Made by a program: the position numbers and the translations under genes | The notes under the pieces: model-generated | Databases searched by the model: none | Seen by the model: only the letters and a program-made list of their open reading frames with translations | Told to the model about the DNA's origin: nothing | DNA from: Terrimicrobiaceae bacterium | GTDB lineage: Bacteria > Verrucomicrobiota > Verrucomicrobiia > Chthoniobacterales > Terrimicrobiaceae | Assembly (NCBI GenBank): GCA_041752695.1 | Contig: JBGSVZ010000062.1 | Coordinates: 1-64,000, forward strand | Direction of reading: 5' to 3' | Length of the DNA: 64,000 bases | Part shown: one piece after another, positions 47,158 through 56,799 of the stretch | Layout of the letters: each line of letters opens with the position of its first letter | Numbering within the stretch: the stretch's first letter is position 1

Positions 47158-48531
47158 CTAGCGCTGTAACTGACTGTCGAGCATGCGGACGGCGTGGCGG
47201 GTTTTTTCGTCCTCGTCGATCTTCCGTTTCACCAGCTTGCAGGCGTGGATGACGGTGCCGTGATCTTTGCCGCCGAAGGAATCGCCAATGTCACTGAGCG
47301 AGGAATTGGTGAGCTCGCGGGCCAGGTACATCGCAATCTGGCGCGGGAAGGCAATGTTGGCCGGGCGGCGTTTGCTGGTCATGTCCGCGAGCCGCACGTC
47401 GAAATGTTCGGCGACGCGGCGCTGGATCTGCTCGATGGTCACGGCGCGGCGGGCCTGTTCCTGGAAAATGTCGCGCAGCAGGTTCTCGATGACCTCGCGG
47501 GTGATCTCGCGATCGCTCAGCGATTTGTAGGACGCCACACGCATCAACGCGCCTTCCAGGCGGCGGACGTTGTTGCGAATGCGGTCGGCCAGAAACTCAA
47601 TCACCCACGCATCGAGTGCGATGTTCAGCGACTCGGCTTTTTTCTTCAGAATCGCGATGCGGGTCTCGACATCCGGGGGTTGCAACTCGGCGGTCATGCC
47701 CCATTCGAATCGGGAGACCAGACGTTGTTCGAGTTTTTCAATTTCACTGGCGGGACGGTCACTGGAGAGAACGATCTGCTTGTGGCCGTCGTGGAGCGTA
47801 TTGAACGTGTGGAAAAATTCCTCCTGCGAACGTTCCTTGCCGGCGAGGAACTGGATGTCGTCGATCATCAAAACATCCGCGGAACGGTATTTTTTGCGGA
47901 ACTTCACCAGCGTGCCGTGCTGGATCGCGTCGATAAATTCGTTGGTGAACTGTTCGCTCGAAAGATAAACAACCTTGGCCGTTTTCGAGGCTCCGAGCAC
48001 GTGATGGCCGATCGCCTGGAGCAGGTGGGTCTTGCCGAGTCCACTGCCGCCATACACAAAAAACGGATTGTAGGTTTTGGCCGGAGACTTCGCCACCGCG
48101 ATGGCCGCGCCATGGGCAAACTGGCTGTTCGAGCCCACCACGAACGTGTCGAAAGTATTGCGAGGATTCATCCCCGTCGCCGCGGCGGCCGCGACCGGCG
48201 AGAGCATCTTTTCCCGGGCCCCGTTTTTGGCCGCTTCCGCGGCCGGTTGGACCGCGGGTTTGGTAAGGACGGTTTCCTCCGCACCAGGCGCGACGAACTG
48301 AATCTTGCGTGGACTGCCGAGCACCTCGGAAGCCGAATCCTGCACCAGGGGCAGGTAGTTGCTCTCGATGAAAAATTGATGGATCGGATTGGGCACGCTG
48401 AGGACGAGTTTTGCGCCGTCGTCGTTGACCACATTGACACCCTGAAACCACCGCTCAAAACCATCCGCGCTAATGCGCTGACGAATGACCTCGGACAACG
48501 AGGACCAGATCTGTCCGCAATTCAAAGTCAT
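47158..48531 (-). CDS. dnaA: Chromosomal replication initiator
   Basis: GGSGLGKTHL, DDIQFL, QEEFFHTFN, RQIAMYL and GGKDHGTVIHA motifs. Confidence 0.99.
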   Translation of the reverse strand: MTLNCGQIWSSLSEVIRQRISADGFERWFQGVNVVNDDGAKLVLSVPNPIHQFFIESNYLPLVQDSASEVLGSPRKIQFVAPGAEETVLTKPAVQPAAEAAKNGAREKMLSPVAAAAATGMNPRNTFDTFVVGSNSQFAHGAAIAVAKSPAKTYNPFFVYGGSGLGKTHLLQAIGHHVLGASKTAKVVYLSSEQFTNEFIDAIQHGTLVKFRKKYRSADVLMIDDIQFLAGKERSQEEFFHTFNTLHDGHKQIVLSSDRPASEIEKLEQRLVSRFEWGMTAELQPPDVETRIAILKKKAESLNIALDAWVIEFLADRIRNNVRRLEGALMRVASYKSLSDREITREVIENLLRDIFQEQARRAVTIEQIQRRVAEHFDVRLADMTSKRRPANIAFPRQIAMYLARELTNSSLSDIGDSFGGKDHGTVIHACKLVKRKIDEDEKTRHAVRMLDSQLQR

Positions 48532-48954
48532 AGAGAGTTATGCACGTGTTTCCGGTTGCTCAAAGCGGACCAAAACAACCGGGTCAACACAGCTCGAGTG
48601 TTCGGCAGGAAAGCGAAGTCGGCCCGAAATGCCAAGCTCTTTTCCGATTGGAGATTGAGAATATTCATCAAAAGTGGTTGAAAATCAGTGGCTTGTAAAA
48701 GTTATCAGCAACGGTGATCCTAGGTGGCTCCTTGGAGAACGGATTGCCTCCCGATACTTCGCAGGGAGGGGCAAAGGTCGGCGAGTTCAGGGGTGTTGGA
48801 CATCTTCACAAGTTATTCACACGAGCTGCACCCTTAGGTGCCGCAAGCGGCGTGAGAATAGAAATCGGGGGGCCTTTCGCTCAAGCAAAAATGGCGAAAA
48901 CGTCACAAGTAAATTTGCTCGGGAAACGGCAAATTTTCTTGACCATGCCCGGAA
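48532..48954. other. Candidate oriC / dnaA regulatory region
   Basis: DnaA box TTATTCACA (48813-48821); near-matches TTATGCACG (48538-48546) and ATCTTCACA (48802-48810); IHF-like AATCAGTGGCTTG (48683-48695) in an AT-richer patch. Confidence 0.55.
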
Positions 48955-50586
48955 TCAAGACGGCGTCTTGGTCTTCGCCAAAAGCGCGGGATTGGTGGGA
49001 AAAAGGATGGCGACTCCGAAAGTCACGCAGCAACCAATAAAGACGTAATACGGCCAGGCGATGGCCGGCCACCACTCCGGCATGAACACTCCGAAGTTCC
49101 ACTCCGCGGGTTTCACCTGAAGGGTGAAAAGTGCGGCGAGATCGATGGCGGGAATCTTCACTTTTCCGAGGAGGAGAACGGCCAGCACGCCCAGCAGCAT
49201 GCCGGCCACATTGGCGACATCGTGGCCGCGGGTTTTGGTCAGCACGCCGAGCAGAAAGACACCAAGCAGCGAGCCGTACCCGTACCCCAGCACGCCGAGG
49301 GCGAGGGGAATGATCGTGATGTCCGTTTTCAGCACGGTGTAGGCGGCGCCGGTGGCGACGAGGATCATGAGAAAACCAAACACCGCGGTGGCAATGCGGG
49401 CCGCGCGAACCGCCTGTTTGTCGGTCGAGTTTTGGTTAAAATACGGTTGGTAAAAATCGCGGATGAAGGAGGTGGCCAGCGCATTAAGCGCGGCCGAGGT
49501 CGAGCCCATCATGGTGGCAAAGACGCCGGCAATGATCAGTCCGCGAATGCCCACCGGCATGGCATGGACGATGTAGTGGGCAAAAATTTCATTGGTTGCC
49601 GTGGGCAGCAGGGGATCCGGTTTTACCTGATAATAGACCCAGAGGAGGATGCCCACCGCGAGGAAGGCGAGCACGATGGGAATGTCCGCAAAGCCGCTGA
49701 GGATGAGGCTGAATCGGGACTTGGCCGGATTTTCCGCCGTCAACATGCGCTGCACCATGTCCTGGTCGGTGCCGTGGGTCGCCATGGTGAGAAAGGTCGA
49801 ACCAAGGATCGCCGCCAGAATGGTGTAGGGACTCTCCAGCATTTGCGTGAGCGCCTCGCCGAAGGGCTTGGCCGCGTCCCAACCGGTTCGGAACATGCTG
49901 GTGTCCTGATCGGCGAGTTTTTGCGAGATGGTTTCCCAGCCGCCGGGGATGTGGAAAAAAATGGTGAGCACGGCAAAGGCGGCGGCGCCGAGCATGAGGC
50001 AGGCCTGGATCAGGTCGGTCCAGACCACGGCCTTGATCCCGCCGATGGCGGTGTAAAACGTGGTGACCACCGTGACAAAAACAATGCCCCAGAAATACGT
50101 CCAGATGGTGATGGGCTCCCCGGGAAAAAGAAACCGCCAGATCACGACCAGGATGACCCCGCCAAGATAAAGACGCACGCCGATGCCGAGGACGCGTCCG
50201 ACCAGAAAGATGCCGCTAGCCATGTCCTTCGTGCGCGGACCGAACCGCACCGTCAGGAACTCGTAGATGCTCTGCACCTTGTGCAGGAAGTAGGGCGCGA
50301 TGAAAAGGTAGGCGATGACCACCCGGGCAATGATGGTGCCGATGGCCAACTGGGCGTAGGAAAACCCCCGCGTCTTGTAACCCTCGGCCGGTGTGCCCAG
50401 GAAGGTGGCCGCGCTGGTTTCCGCCGCGATGATCGAGGCGAGCACGGCCCACCAGGGGATCGAGTGGCCCCCGAGGGAGAATTCCTGGAGGCTTTTATTG
50501 TTGCGCCCGGCGTACAGCCCGATGCCGACAATGACGACGAAATAGACGAGAATAACCGCCCCATCGACCCAGAGCGCAAAATTCAT
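48955..50586 (-). CDS. Sodium:solute symporter family transporter
   Basis: SIIAAETSAATF, GGIKAVVWTD and HGTDQDMVQR motifs; multiple TM helices. Confidence 0.93.
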   Translation of the reverse strand: MNFALWVDGAVILVYFVVIVGIGLYAGRNNKSLQEFSLGGHSIPWWAVLASIIAAETSAATFLGTPAEGYKTRGFSYAQLAIGTIIARVVIAYLFIAPYFLHKVQSIYEFLTVRFGPRTKDMASGIFLVGRVLGIGVRLYLGGVILVVIWRFLFPGEPITIWTYFWGIVFVTVVTTFYTAIGGIKAVVWTDLIQACLMLGAAAFAVLTIFFHIPGGWETISQKLADQDTSMFRTGWDAAKPFGEALTQMLESPYTILAAILGSTFLTMATHGTDQDMVQRMLTAENPAKSRFSLILSGFADIPIVLAFLAVGILLWVYYQVKPDPLLPTATNEIFAHYIVHAMPVGIRGLIIAGVFATMMGSTSAALNALATSFIRDFYQPYFNQNSTDKQAVRAARIATAVFGFLMILVATGAAYTVLKTDITIIPLALGVLGYGYGSLLGVFLLGVLTKTRGHDVANVAGMLLGVLAVLLLGKVKIPAIDLAALFTLQVKPAEWNFGVFMPEWWPAIAWPYYVFIGCCVTFGVAILFPTNPALLAKTKTPS

Positions 50587-51851
50587 GACGAGAGGGTCTT
50601 GAGCAAAATTTTCGAATTGCGCCCGCTCGCTTCATACTTGGCGCGCCGGGAGGCCGGAAGCACCTCCGCCTGGGCCTCGGTGAATCCGCCTTTTTGCTGG
50701 AGATAGTTGAAGGCCTGGGTCGAGAGCGCGAACAGCTTCTTCAGGCCCTTCTCCTTCGCCAGATTGAGGACAAACGCCATCAGCTTGCGGCCGTGGCCCT
50801 GGTTCTCGTGAAGTTTGCTCACATAAAGGCAGGCCAGTTCGCCCGAGGAGTCCTCGGGATAGACATGCAGGGCCACGCAGGCCACGGGAGTGCGGTCGAT
50901 TTCCAGCAGCCAGTAGTCTTCGAGCTGATCGAGGATCTCCGCCCGGGTCCGCCGGACCAATTCCTCGCTGCGCACGGACTGGCGGATGAGCGACATGACC
51001 GCCCGGACATCCTTTTTGAAGATGCGCCGGATCTGCTGGTATTCGTTTGAATAAATCATCGTGCCGAAACCTTCGTGGCTGAAGATTTCGGTGAGCAGGG
51101 CCTCGTTCACCCCGCCGTCCAGAATGTGGACCCGCGGCACACCTTGCACGCAGGCGCGGGCGGCGCAGGCCAGCTTCGACGCCACTCCTGGTGCGAGGTC
51201 GTTGGGACGTTTTTTGAGAATCTCCTGGGTCTCGGGCACGGACATCTGCCGCGCCAGGCCGGAGGGTCCGGGTGCGAGGTAAATAATTTTCGCGGCGGAA
51301 AGTTCCTCCGCCACCTCGACCGCAGCGGCATCGGAATTCACCCGATACGTCCGACCCTCGCCATCAAAGCCGAGGGGAGGGATCACCGGGACGATGCCCT
51401 CGTCGAGCAAGAGGCGCAGCGCCTTGGCGTCCACCCGCTCGACCCGGCCGGTGTATTGATAGTCCAGGCCGCCCAGGATCCCCGCCGGGTGGGCAATGAT
51501 GGCGTTGATATAAGCCGCCCGCAGGTCCACCGCAGAAAGGCCCTCCATGATCTGGTTGGTCAGGCGGATCGCCGCGTTGATGCTCACATCCAGCGTCCGG
51601 TCGTCCGTGATCCCGGTGCCGTCCGAATTCGTGATCTCAATCTTGCGCTCCTTGGCAATCTGCAAAATCTGGTGACTGGCCCCGTGGACAATCACCACTT
51701 TGACGCTCAACGACCGCAGAACCGCGAGGTCGATCAGGACGTTGGGAAAGTTGTCCGAGGCCGCGACCTCGCCATCAATCGCAACCACAAAAACGCGCTC
51801 CCGGAAGCGGGGCACGTATTGCAGGATTTCGCGAAGATCGGAGACGTTCAC
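50583..51851 (-). CDS. argA: Amino-acid N-acetyltransferase (kinase-like plus GNAT domains)
   Basis: VIVHGA, RITDD-like ITDD, LLTEIFSHEGFGTMI, ELACLYV and RNSKI motifs. Confidence 0.9.
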   Translation of the reverse strand: MNVSDLREILQYVPRFRERVFVVAIDGEVAASDNFPNVLIDLAVLRSLSVKVVIVHGASHQILQIAKERKIEITNSDGTGITDDRTLDVSINAAIRLTNQIMEGLSAVDLRAAYINAIIAHPAGILGGLDYQYTGRVERVDAKALRLLLDEGIVPVIPPLGFDGEGRTYRVNSDAAAVEVAEELSAAKIIYLAPGPSGLARQMSVPETQEILKKRPNDLAPGVASKLACAARACVQGVPRVHILDGGVNEALLTEIFSHEGFGTMIYSNEYQQIRRIFKKDVRAVMSLIRQSVRSEELVRRTRAEILDQLEDYWLLEIDRTPVACVALHVYPEDSSGELACLYVSKLHENQGHGRKLMAFVLNLAKEKGLKKLFALSTQAFNYLQQKGGFTEAQAEVLPASRRAKYEASGRNSKILLKTLSS

Positions 51852-51931
51852 AGTGGGCGGTCATTGGTCATTTGTGACCGGCGATTAGTCAATATCAGAA
51901 TCGGGCCCCGGCGCGAAGCGCGACCGGGGCA

Positions 51932-52112
51932 ACTCCGAACGTTGAACGCTCAACTTTCAACGCTCAAGTGAGGAAATTCGCGCGGAGCGCGCTCATGGGC
52001 GCAGTGCGCCCCAAATCAAACATCAAACATCCCACATTGCCGCCCTTGCCTCCCGGCCAGCGCCCGCCGGCCCGTGTTCCCATCTTCGATCTCCGAACCC
52101 CGATCTCCGAAC
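51932..52112. repeat. Degenerate heptamer-phased repeat patches
   Basis: AACTCCG-AACGTTG-AACGCTC-AACTTTC-AACGCTC; ATCAAAC-ATCAAAC-ATCCCAC; ATCTTCG-ATCTCCG-AACCCCG-ATCTCCG. Confidence 0.75.
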
Positions 52113-52113
52113 T

Positions 52114-53136
52114 TCACGCCACCCCTTCGAGACTCATTCCTCCCTCGAGCTCATTGGCGAGGATGGCCGTGATCTGGCCAGGCGACTCCAGTGCGGCGAG
52201 AATGCCGGTGTCCGGCACGGGAATAAATTTCGCGTCAGCCAGTTTGCGGGCAATCGCTTCGCCGGCGGTGAGGGGAAAGCCGGCGGCGCGGTCCGGCCAG
52301 AGAATCGTCACGGGCTGGGGCACGCGGTCGAGGCGCGATTCGATGTCGAAGGCGAGGCGACCGCGCAGGAAACCGAAGATGGCATGCTCGGCGCCGGTTT
52401 GCTGGGCGCAGGTGGCCAACGCGCGCACCATTTCTTCGTTGAGTCGGGAGGGGTCGCCCAGGGCAAACTTGGTCAGCCAGCCGCGGATGAACGGCGCGCG
52501 GGACAGGTAGTTGCGATAGACAAAACGGTTGAGTCCCGGCAGACCAACCAGCGCCACCATGCCGGCCGCGCGCCATTTGCCCGATTCCTTGAGTCCGGTG
52601 GGGAGAAGCACGATGAGCCGCTCGATGCGTTCCGGGTGCCGGGACGCCATCAAAAGCGCGATCCCTGCGGTGAGGCCGCTGGCCACGATGGTCGGACGTT
52701 TGCCGGGGCAGGTTTCCAATAAAAATTCCGCGATGCTTTCCGCGTAGTCCACCGCATCCATCGGATCCCCGGGGCGTTCGGATTCGCCGAACCCGATCAG
52801 ATCGGGCGCGATCACTTCGTGATCCAAGGTAAAGTGGGGATACACCTTCGACCACTCGTACGAAGAAGCTCCCAGATAGATGCCGTGCAAAAAGACCACG
52901 GGTTCACCCGCCCCGGAAATGTGATAAACCATCTCCCCTCGCGTGGTTTCCGCCACCCGGGTGGCGAAGATCGCCGGCGAGATATCGTCCGGCAGCCGGT
53001 CCCGCGGGGCGCGCCGCAATCCGTACCGAAACGCCAGGGCTACGGCCCCCATCAAGCCCACGCCAATGCCGATGCCCAGGGCGGGTTTGCGTTTCCAGAA
53101 CTTTCTCACAGCGGCCCCACTAAAGCACGGCTCCAC
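52114..53136 (-). CDS. Alpha/beta fold hydrolase-like protein
   Basis: VVFLHGI...SSYEW and APDLIGFGES motifs; N-terminal TM helix. Start uncertain. Confidence 0.85.
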   Translation of the reverse strand: MEPCFSGAAVRKFWKRKPALGIGIGVGLMGAVALAFRYGLRRAPRDRLPDDISPAIFATRVAETTRGEMVYHISGAGEPVVFLHGIYLGASSYEWSKVYPHFTLDHEVIAPDLIGFGESERPGDPMDAVDYAESIAEFLLETCPGKRPTIVASGLTAGIALLMASRHPERIERLIVLLPTGLKESGKWRAAGMVALVGLPGLNRFVYRNYLSRAPFIRGWLTKFALGDPSRLNEEMVRALATCAQQTGAEHAIFGFLRGRLAFDIESRLDRVPQPVTILWPDRAAGFPLTAGEAIARKLADAKFIPVPDTGILAALESPGQITAILANELEGGMSLEGVA

Positions 53137-53257
53137 GAAGTTGGCCAGTCCCGCAACAGATTGCTTGCAATTCGGAGCCGGGCGAGGGGTGTTTGGAAAA
53201 GCGGTCTCTCAGAACGCCGTCCGGTCTTGTTCCCTCCGGAACTCGCCCATGCGCTCG

Positions 53258-55843
53258 CTAGGAATGTCCCGGGGTTTCCGCCATCCGGACCTTCCGCCAG
53301 CGGCAGCTCGCGAACGCCACGGCCGCCAGCATCATCAAGCCTCCGGTCGTCGGCTCAGGCACCGCATCAAAATAGAGAAGAAGCTCCTTCCCGTCTTCGC
53401 TGGTGTTCCAAAAGAACTGTCCTTGTTCGAAGGTCGCGAATCCAAAGTACACGTTGAGGGCATTGCCGCTGGCGTAAAAGCTGCGCTCACTGCGCATCAC
53501 GACCCAGGTGTGATCGGTGTTCCAGAACGGATTGCCACTATTCGGATCGTCCACGAGGCTGAAGTTTGGATCGATGGTGAACAAATTCGCGCTGTCCGGA
53601 CCCAGCAGAACATTCTCCGTGGTTTGAAAATCGATCAGGCTCCAGTCCTCGCCGGCGACTCCGCCGCTTTCCGCGGTGGTCAGGTCGCCGAGTGTCCATT
53701 CGTAAACGCTGTTGCCGGCAAACGTCGTGGCATCTGTGAAGACCAATGTGCCGATGGGGGCTCCCGACCCGACCGAGCCGTTGATCTCCGCAACGCCGGA
53801 TATGGTCCCGTATCCTTCCAGAAGCGAATAGGGCGATGTCGTGACGGCCCCCACGGTGCCGCCCTCCAGGATGAGCGTGCCGGAATTTAAGGTCACCTCA
53901 CCCGAAACGCCGGCCGATGAACCGGACACTACCAGCGCCGCGCCCGGTCCCACCTCGACCGGGCCGCTGCCGGTGGCGGACACGCTATTGGCGACCGTGA
54001 GTGTCCCGGATTGCACAAAGGTCCCGCCGGTGTAGCTGCTCGTGCCGGTCAAAGTCAGATTGCCGGGACCAAAGACCGCAACGCCCCCGGTGGTCTCAAT
54101 GCTGGAGGAGATGAGTCCGCCCTCGTTGCTGGAATAGATAACGCCGCGCGACGCTCCGAAATCCACGATGCTCGCGCCGATCTGGCCTCCATTCAGGATC
54201 ACGCCCGCATTGTCCCCGGCGAGGCCGCCTCCGACTTGCAGGATTGTCGTTCCCCCGCCCGAGGTGAGGGCGGCCTGCTGAACCCGGACGGCATGGATCG
54301 CGGCGGTCGATCCCGCTGCCAGAACTTGATCGTCCAACGCATTGTAAATGGCGCTGGCTGCTGCCGCATTGATCCCAACGGTGCCGGACGAGGTATAACC
54401 GGCGACCGAGAATCCCGTGCTGGCGGTGTAGGTGAGATAATCCCCGTCTGCCGCGGCATTATTGTCTGCGGCAACGATGGCGGGGGAAACCATGCCATTG
54501 TTCAAGGGAACGGTGCCGCTACCGGAGACAAACACTTGCACCGTTGAGCCCAGCGAGGCGTTTCCGGTCGCGGCTGCCACAACCAGAGTGCCGGCTCCCT
54601 GTTGTTGAAAATTCTCCGCCGCGGCCGCGGTGGAATCGCCCACCGTGACGGTGAGGCTGGAGTTTCCATTGGGATCAAGGGCAAGCTTTGCCCCGCCGGC
54701 AAACGTGAGTCGGCTTCCCGTGCCGCTGGCCAGCGTCAGGGCAATGTCCGCGGGCGAGCCCGTCACCCCCGGTGCCAAAGTCAGGGTCCCGTAATCCAGG
54801 CGTGCCGAACCGGTCCCCAGCGGGGTTCCCAAATTTTGGCTGCTGCTGATGCCGCCCCCGTTGAGCGTGTTGGTTCCCGTCGTTGTGTTGGTTCCTCCGG
54901 TGAGAAAAAGGGTGCCGCCGCCGGCCTTGTGCAAACCGTACTCCCCCGCGAGCGGAGCCAGCACTTCGAGGTCGCCGCCGCCTGTATTCAGAACCGGCGT
55001 GCTGCCGGTGAGCACCCAGGTTGCAGGTGTCCAGCCACCCGTCGGCAGTTCGCTGGGATGGATCCGGATGGTGAAGCCATTCTCGATCAGCGCCCGGTTC
55101 GTGGCGGTGAGGGTGGAGTTTGGCTGCGCGGGGTCAAATTGGATCGCAACCTCGGCCGGATCGGTACCGGAGATGGTTCCTGTGAAATGCGTGACCTGCG
55201 CGTATTGCGGATTGCTGGACGGAACATCGGGTACGGAAAACAACGTGCCCGGCGCAGGATTGCTAAGCACCAGATATCCCGGAGCCGGCTGGCCGGGACC
55301 CGAGAGGTTTGTGTCCGTCACGGCGATAAAGTGCCCTCCTCCCCGCGTAAACACATGAGACGATGGCGCGGTTTCGGTATACCAGCCAATGACCAAAAAC
55401 GTGGCCTGATAAGGATCGGGGATTGTGCTGGAGAACCACGCCAAATCGGGCCCGGGCTGCTGACCGACTTCCGCGGTGGCAAACCCCTTGGCCGCGAGAT
55501 ACGTCTGCACGCCCATCATGATCTGGTCACCCGTCGCCCCACTCAATTGCGTGCTTCCCGGAAGGCCTATCAGATTCTGCTCCAATTGCAGGTAATCCGC
55601 GAAGCCTGGGCTGGGGGGAAGGATCTGGGTAAACCCCGCAGAGGCCAGGTAAGCCAGGGACATTGTCGCTGAAGTGGCTCCGCAATACGACGAACCGTCC
55701 CCGAGCAGATCAAAGCCGCCCGGTCCAAAGCCGACCTGGATGAGCGAGGGTGTCTGCGTGACCTTGTCCTGAGCTTGCAGGGGCGGTTCCCACCATCCCA
55801 GAATTCCCCCCATGGCCAGCAATGCTCCAACCCGCTTTCGCAT
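53258..55843 (-). CDS. PEP-CTERM protein with papain-like/C39-like N-terminal domain and autotransporter-associated beta-strand repeats
   Basis: YCGATSATM...GGHFIAVT...LSNP; GLHKAGGGTLFLTG and GPGNLTLTGTSSYTGGT repeats; VPEPTT-TM-RWRK. Confidence 0.85.
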   Translation of the reverse strand: MRKRVGALLAMGGILGWWEPPLQAQDKVTQTPSLIQVGFGPGGFDLLGDGSSYCGATSATMSLAYLASAGFTQILPPSPGFADYLQLEQNLIGLPGSTQLSGATGDQIMMGVQTYLAAKGFATAEVGQQPGPDLAWFSSTIPDPYQATFLVIGWYTETAPSSHVFTRGGGHFIAVTDTNLSGPGQPAPGYLVLSNPAPGTLFSVPDVPSSNPQYAQVTHFTGTISGTDPAEVAIQFDPAQPNSTLTATNRALIENGFTIRIHPSELPTGGWTPATWVLTGSTPVLNTGGGDLEVLAPLAGEYGLHKAGGGTLFLTGGTNTTTGTNTLNGGGISSSQNLGTPLGTGSARLDYGTLTLAPGVTGSPADIALTLASGTGSRLTFAGGAKLALDPNGNSSLTVTVGDSTAAAAENFQQQGAGTLVVAAATGNASLGSTVQVFVSGSGTVPLNNGMVSPAIVAADNNAAADGDYLTYTASTGFSVAGYTSSGTVGINAAAASAIYNALDDQVLAAGSTAAIHAVRVQQAALTSGGGTTILQVGGGLAGDNAGVILNGGQIGASIVDFGASRGVIYSSNEGGLISSSIETTGGVAVFGPGNLTLTGTSSYTGGTFVQSGTLTVANSVSATGSGPVEVGPGAALVVSGSSAGVSGEVTLNSGTLILEGGTVGAVTTSPYSLLEGYGTISGVAEINGSVGSGAPIGTLVFTDATTFAGNSVYEWTLGDLTTAESGGVAGEDWSLIDFQTTENVLLGPDSANLFTIDPNFSLVDDPNSGNPFWNTDHTWVVMRSERSFYASGNALNVYFGFATFEQGQFFWNTSEDGKELLLYFDAVPEPTTGGLMMLAAVAFASCRWRKVRMAETPGHS

Positions 55844-56009
55844 CCGGCTCCCGTAGATATCTGCCGGGAAAAAGTCAACCCGGCAGGATGGTTCCACGGG
55901 AAGGAACGGAGGGCTGAAAATCATCGTGCCGCCGCGAGGCAAGCACACATCAAAACGAAACCGATTGTGCGGGAAGGGGACCCGGACAAATTTTTTTAAA
56001 AAAGTTTAA

Positions 56010-56172
56010 TTCCCCCAAACCACCCGATACGCCGTCGGAACCAAAGAGGAGGCACTGTGGAAGAAGAAGTGTTATCCGGCGGCCGTCTTCCGGGTGAAGG
56101 ACAGCGAGCCTTTTAGCCACTACAAAGGTTTTGGCGATGACCGGGACGAATGGGTTTCATCGCGCGTATTTG
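56010..56172 (+). pseudogene. Remnant of a Tudor-knot/Agenet-like domain
   Basis: YAVGTKEEALWKKKCYPAAVFRVKDSEPFSHYKGFGDDRDEWVSSR follows an in-frame stop with no start codon before the domain. Confidence 0.6.
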
Positions 56173-56388
56173 GATGCCGGGAGACTAGTCCGTTCGGCGT
56201 CCTGCCCGTTCTTCCGCCTTCAAATGCTCAGAGCGTTTCTGAAGGGATGAGTCTTCCGAAAGTAGTCCGCGACGTTTCCGGGTTCCAATTCCCGCAACCG
56301 GCGTTGTCCCTTGCCGTTTAGGGTTGTTTTATCTGCTTGCTCCGGTCTTGCCCCAGTGCGACACTCCGCGGCTCCCGTCAGGAGATTT

Positions 56389-56460
56389 GCCGGCATAGCT
56401 CAGTGGTAGAGCAACGGTTTTGTAAACCGTCGGTCCTCGGTTCGAACCCGAGTGCCGGCT
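56389..56460 (+). tRNA. tRNA-Thr (anticodon UGU)
   Basis: GCCGGCA/TGCCGGC acceptor stem, ACGGT-TTTGTAA-ACCGT anticodon arm, GTTCGAA T loop; CCA not encoded. Confidence 0.97.
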
Positions 56461-56667
56461 CCCCTCAAAAATAATCGGACCCCGTGCATGCCTGCCCGCG
56501 GTCGTAACTTGCCCGCCACACGCGGGGACCGTGGACCGACCTCCCGGTAGGGCCGGTTGTTCCGACCCGCCGTTTTCGCCGCAGAGGGAAGGAGACGCGA
56601 ATGGCACGAATTGGCACCAATTGCGGAAATCGAGTTCCCGAACCGGGGCGGTCTTCGGGTCATTCCG

Positions 56668-56689
56668 GGGGTCAAGATTTCTTGACCCC
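56668..56689. repeat. Perfect 10-bp inverted repeat
   Basis: GGGGTCAAGA-TT-TCTTGACCCC. Confidence 0.75.
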
Positions 56690-56762
56690 GCCGCCGCAAC
56701 GTGCCGCGCAGACTGTCTCGGCTTCGCTCACGGTGGAGTGAGGCGGGGACCGACGAATGGAT

Positions 56763-56791
56763 TTGACATCTGACAAATTATCAGACAAAAT
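56763..56791 (+). promoter_or_regulatory. vapBC promoter with operator palindrome
   Basis: TTGACA-17 nt-CAAAAT; the spacer is TCTGA-CAAATTA-TCAGA. Confidence 0.7.
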
Positions 56792-56799
56792 ATCAAATA

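Noticed and set aside
56622..56644. Sigma54 promoter near 56600-56625 (TGGCACG...TTGC) and at 7051
   Set aside because: GG-to-GC spacing is 8, 9 or 11 nt rather than the required 10.
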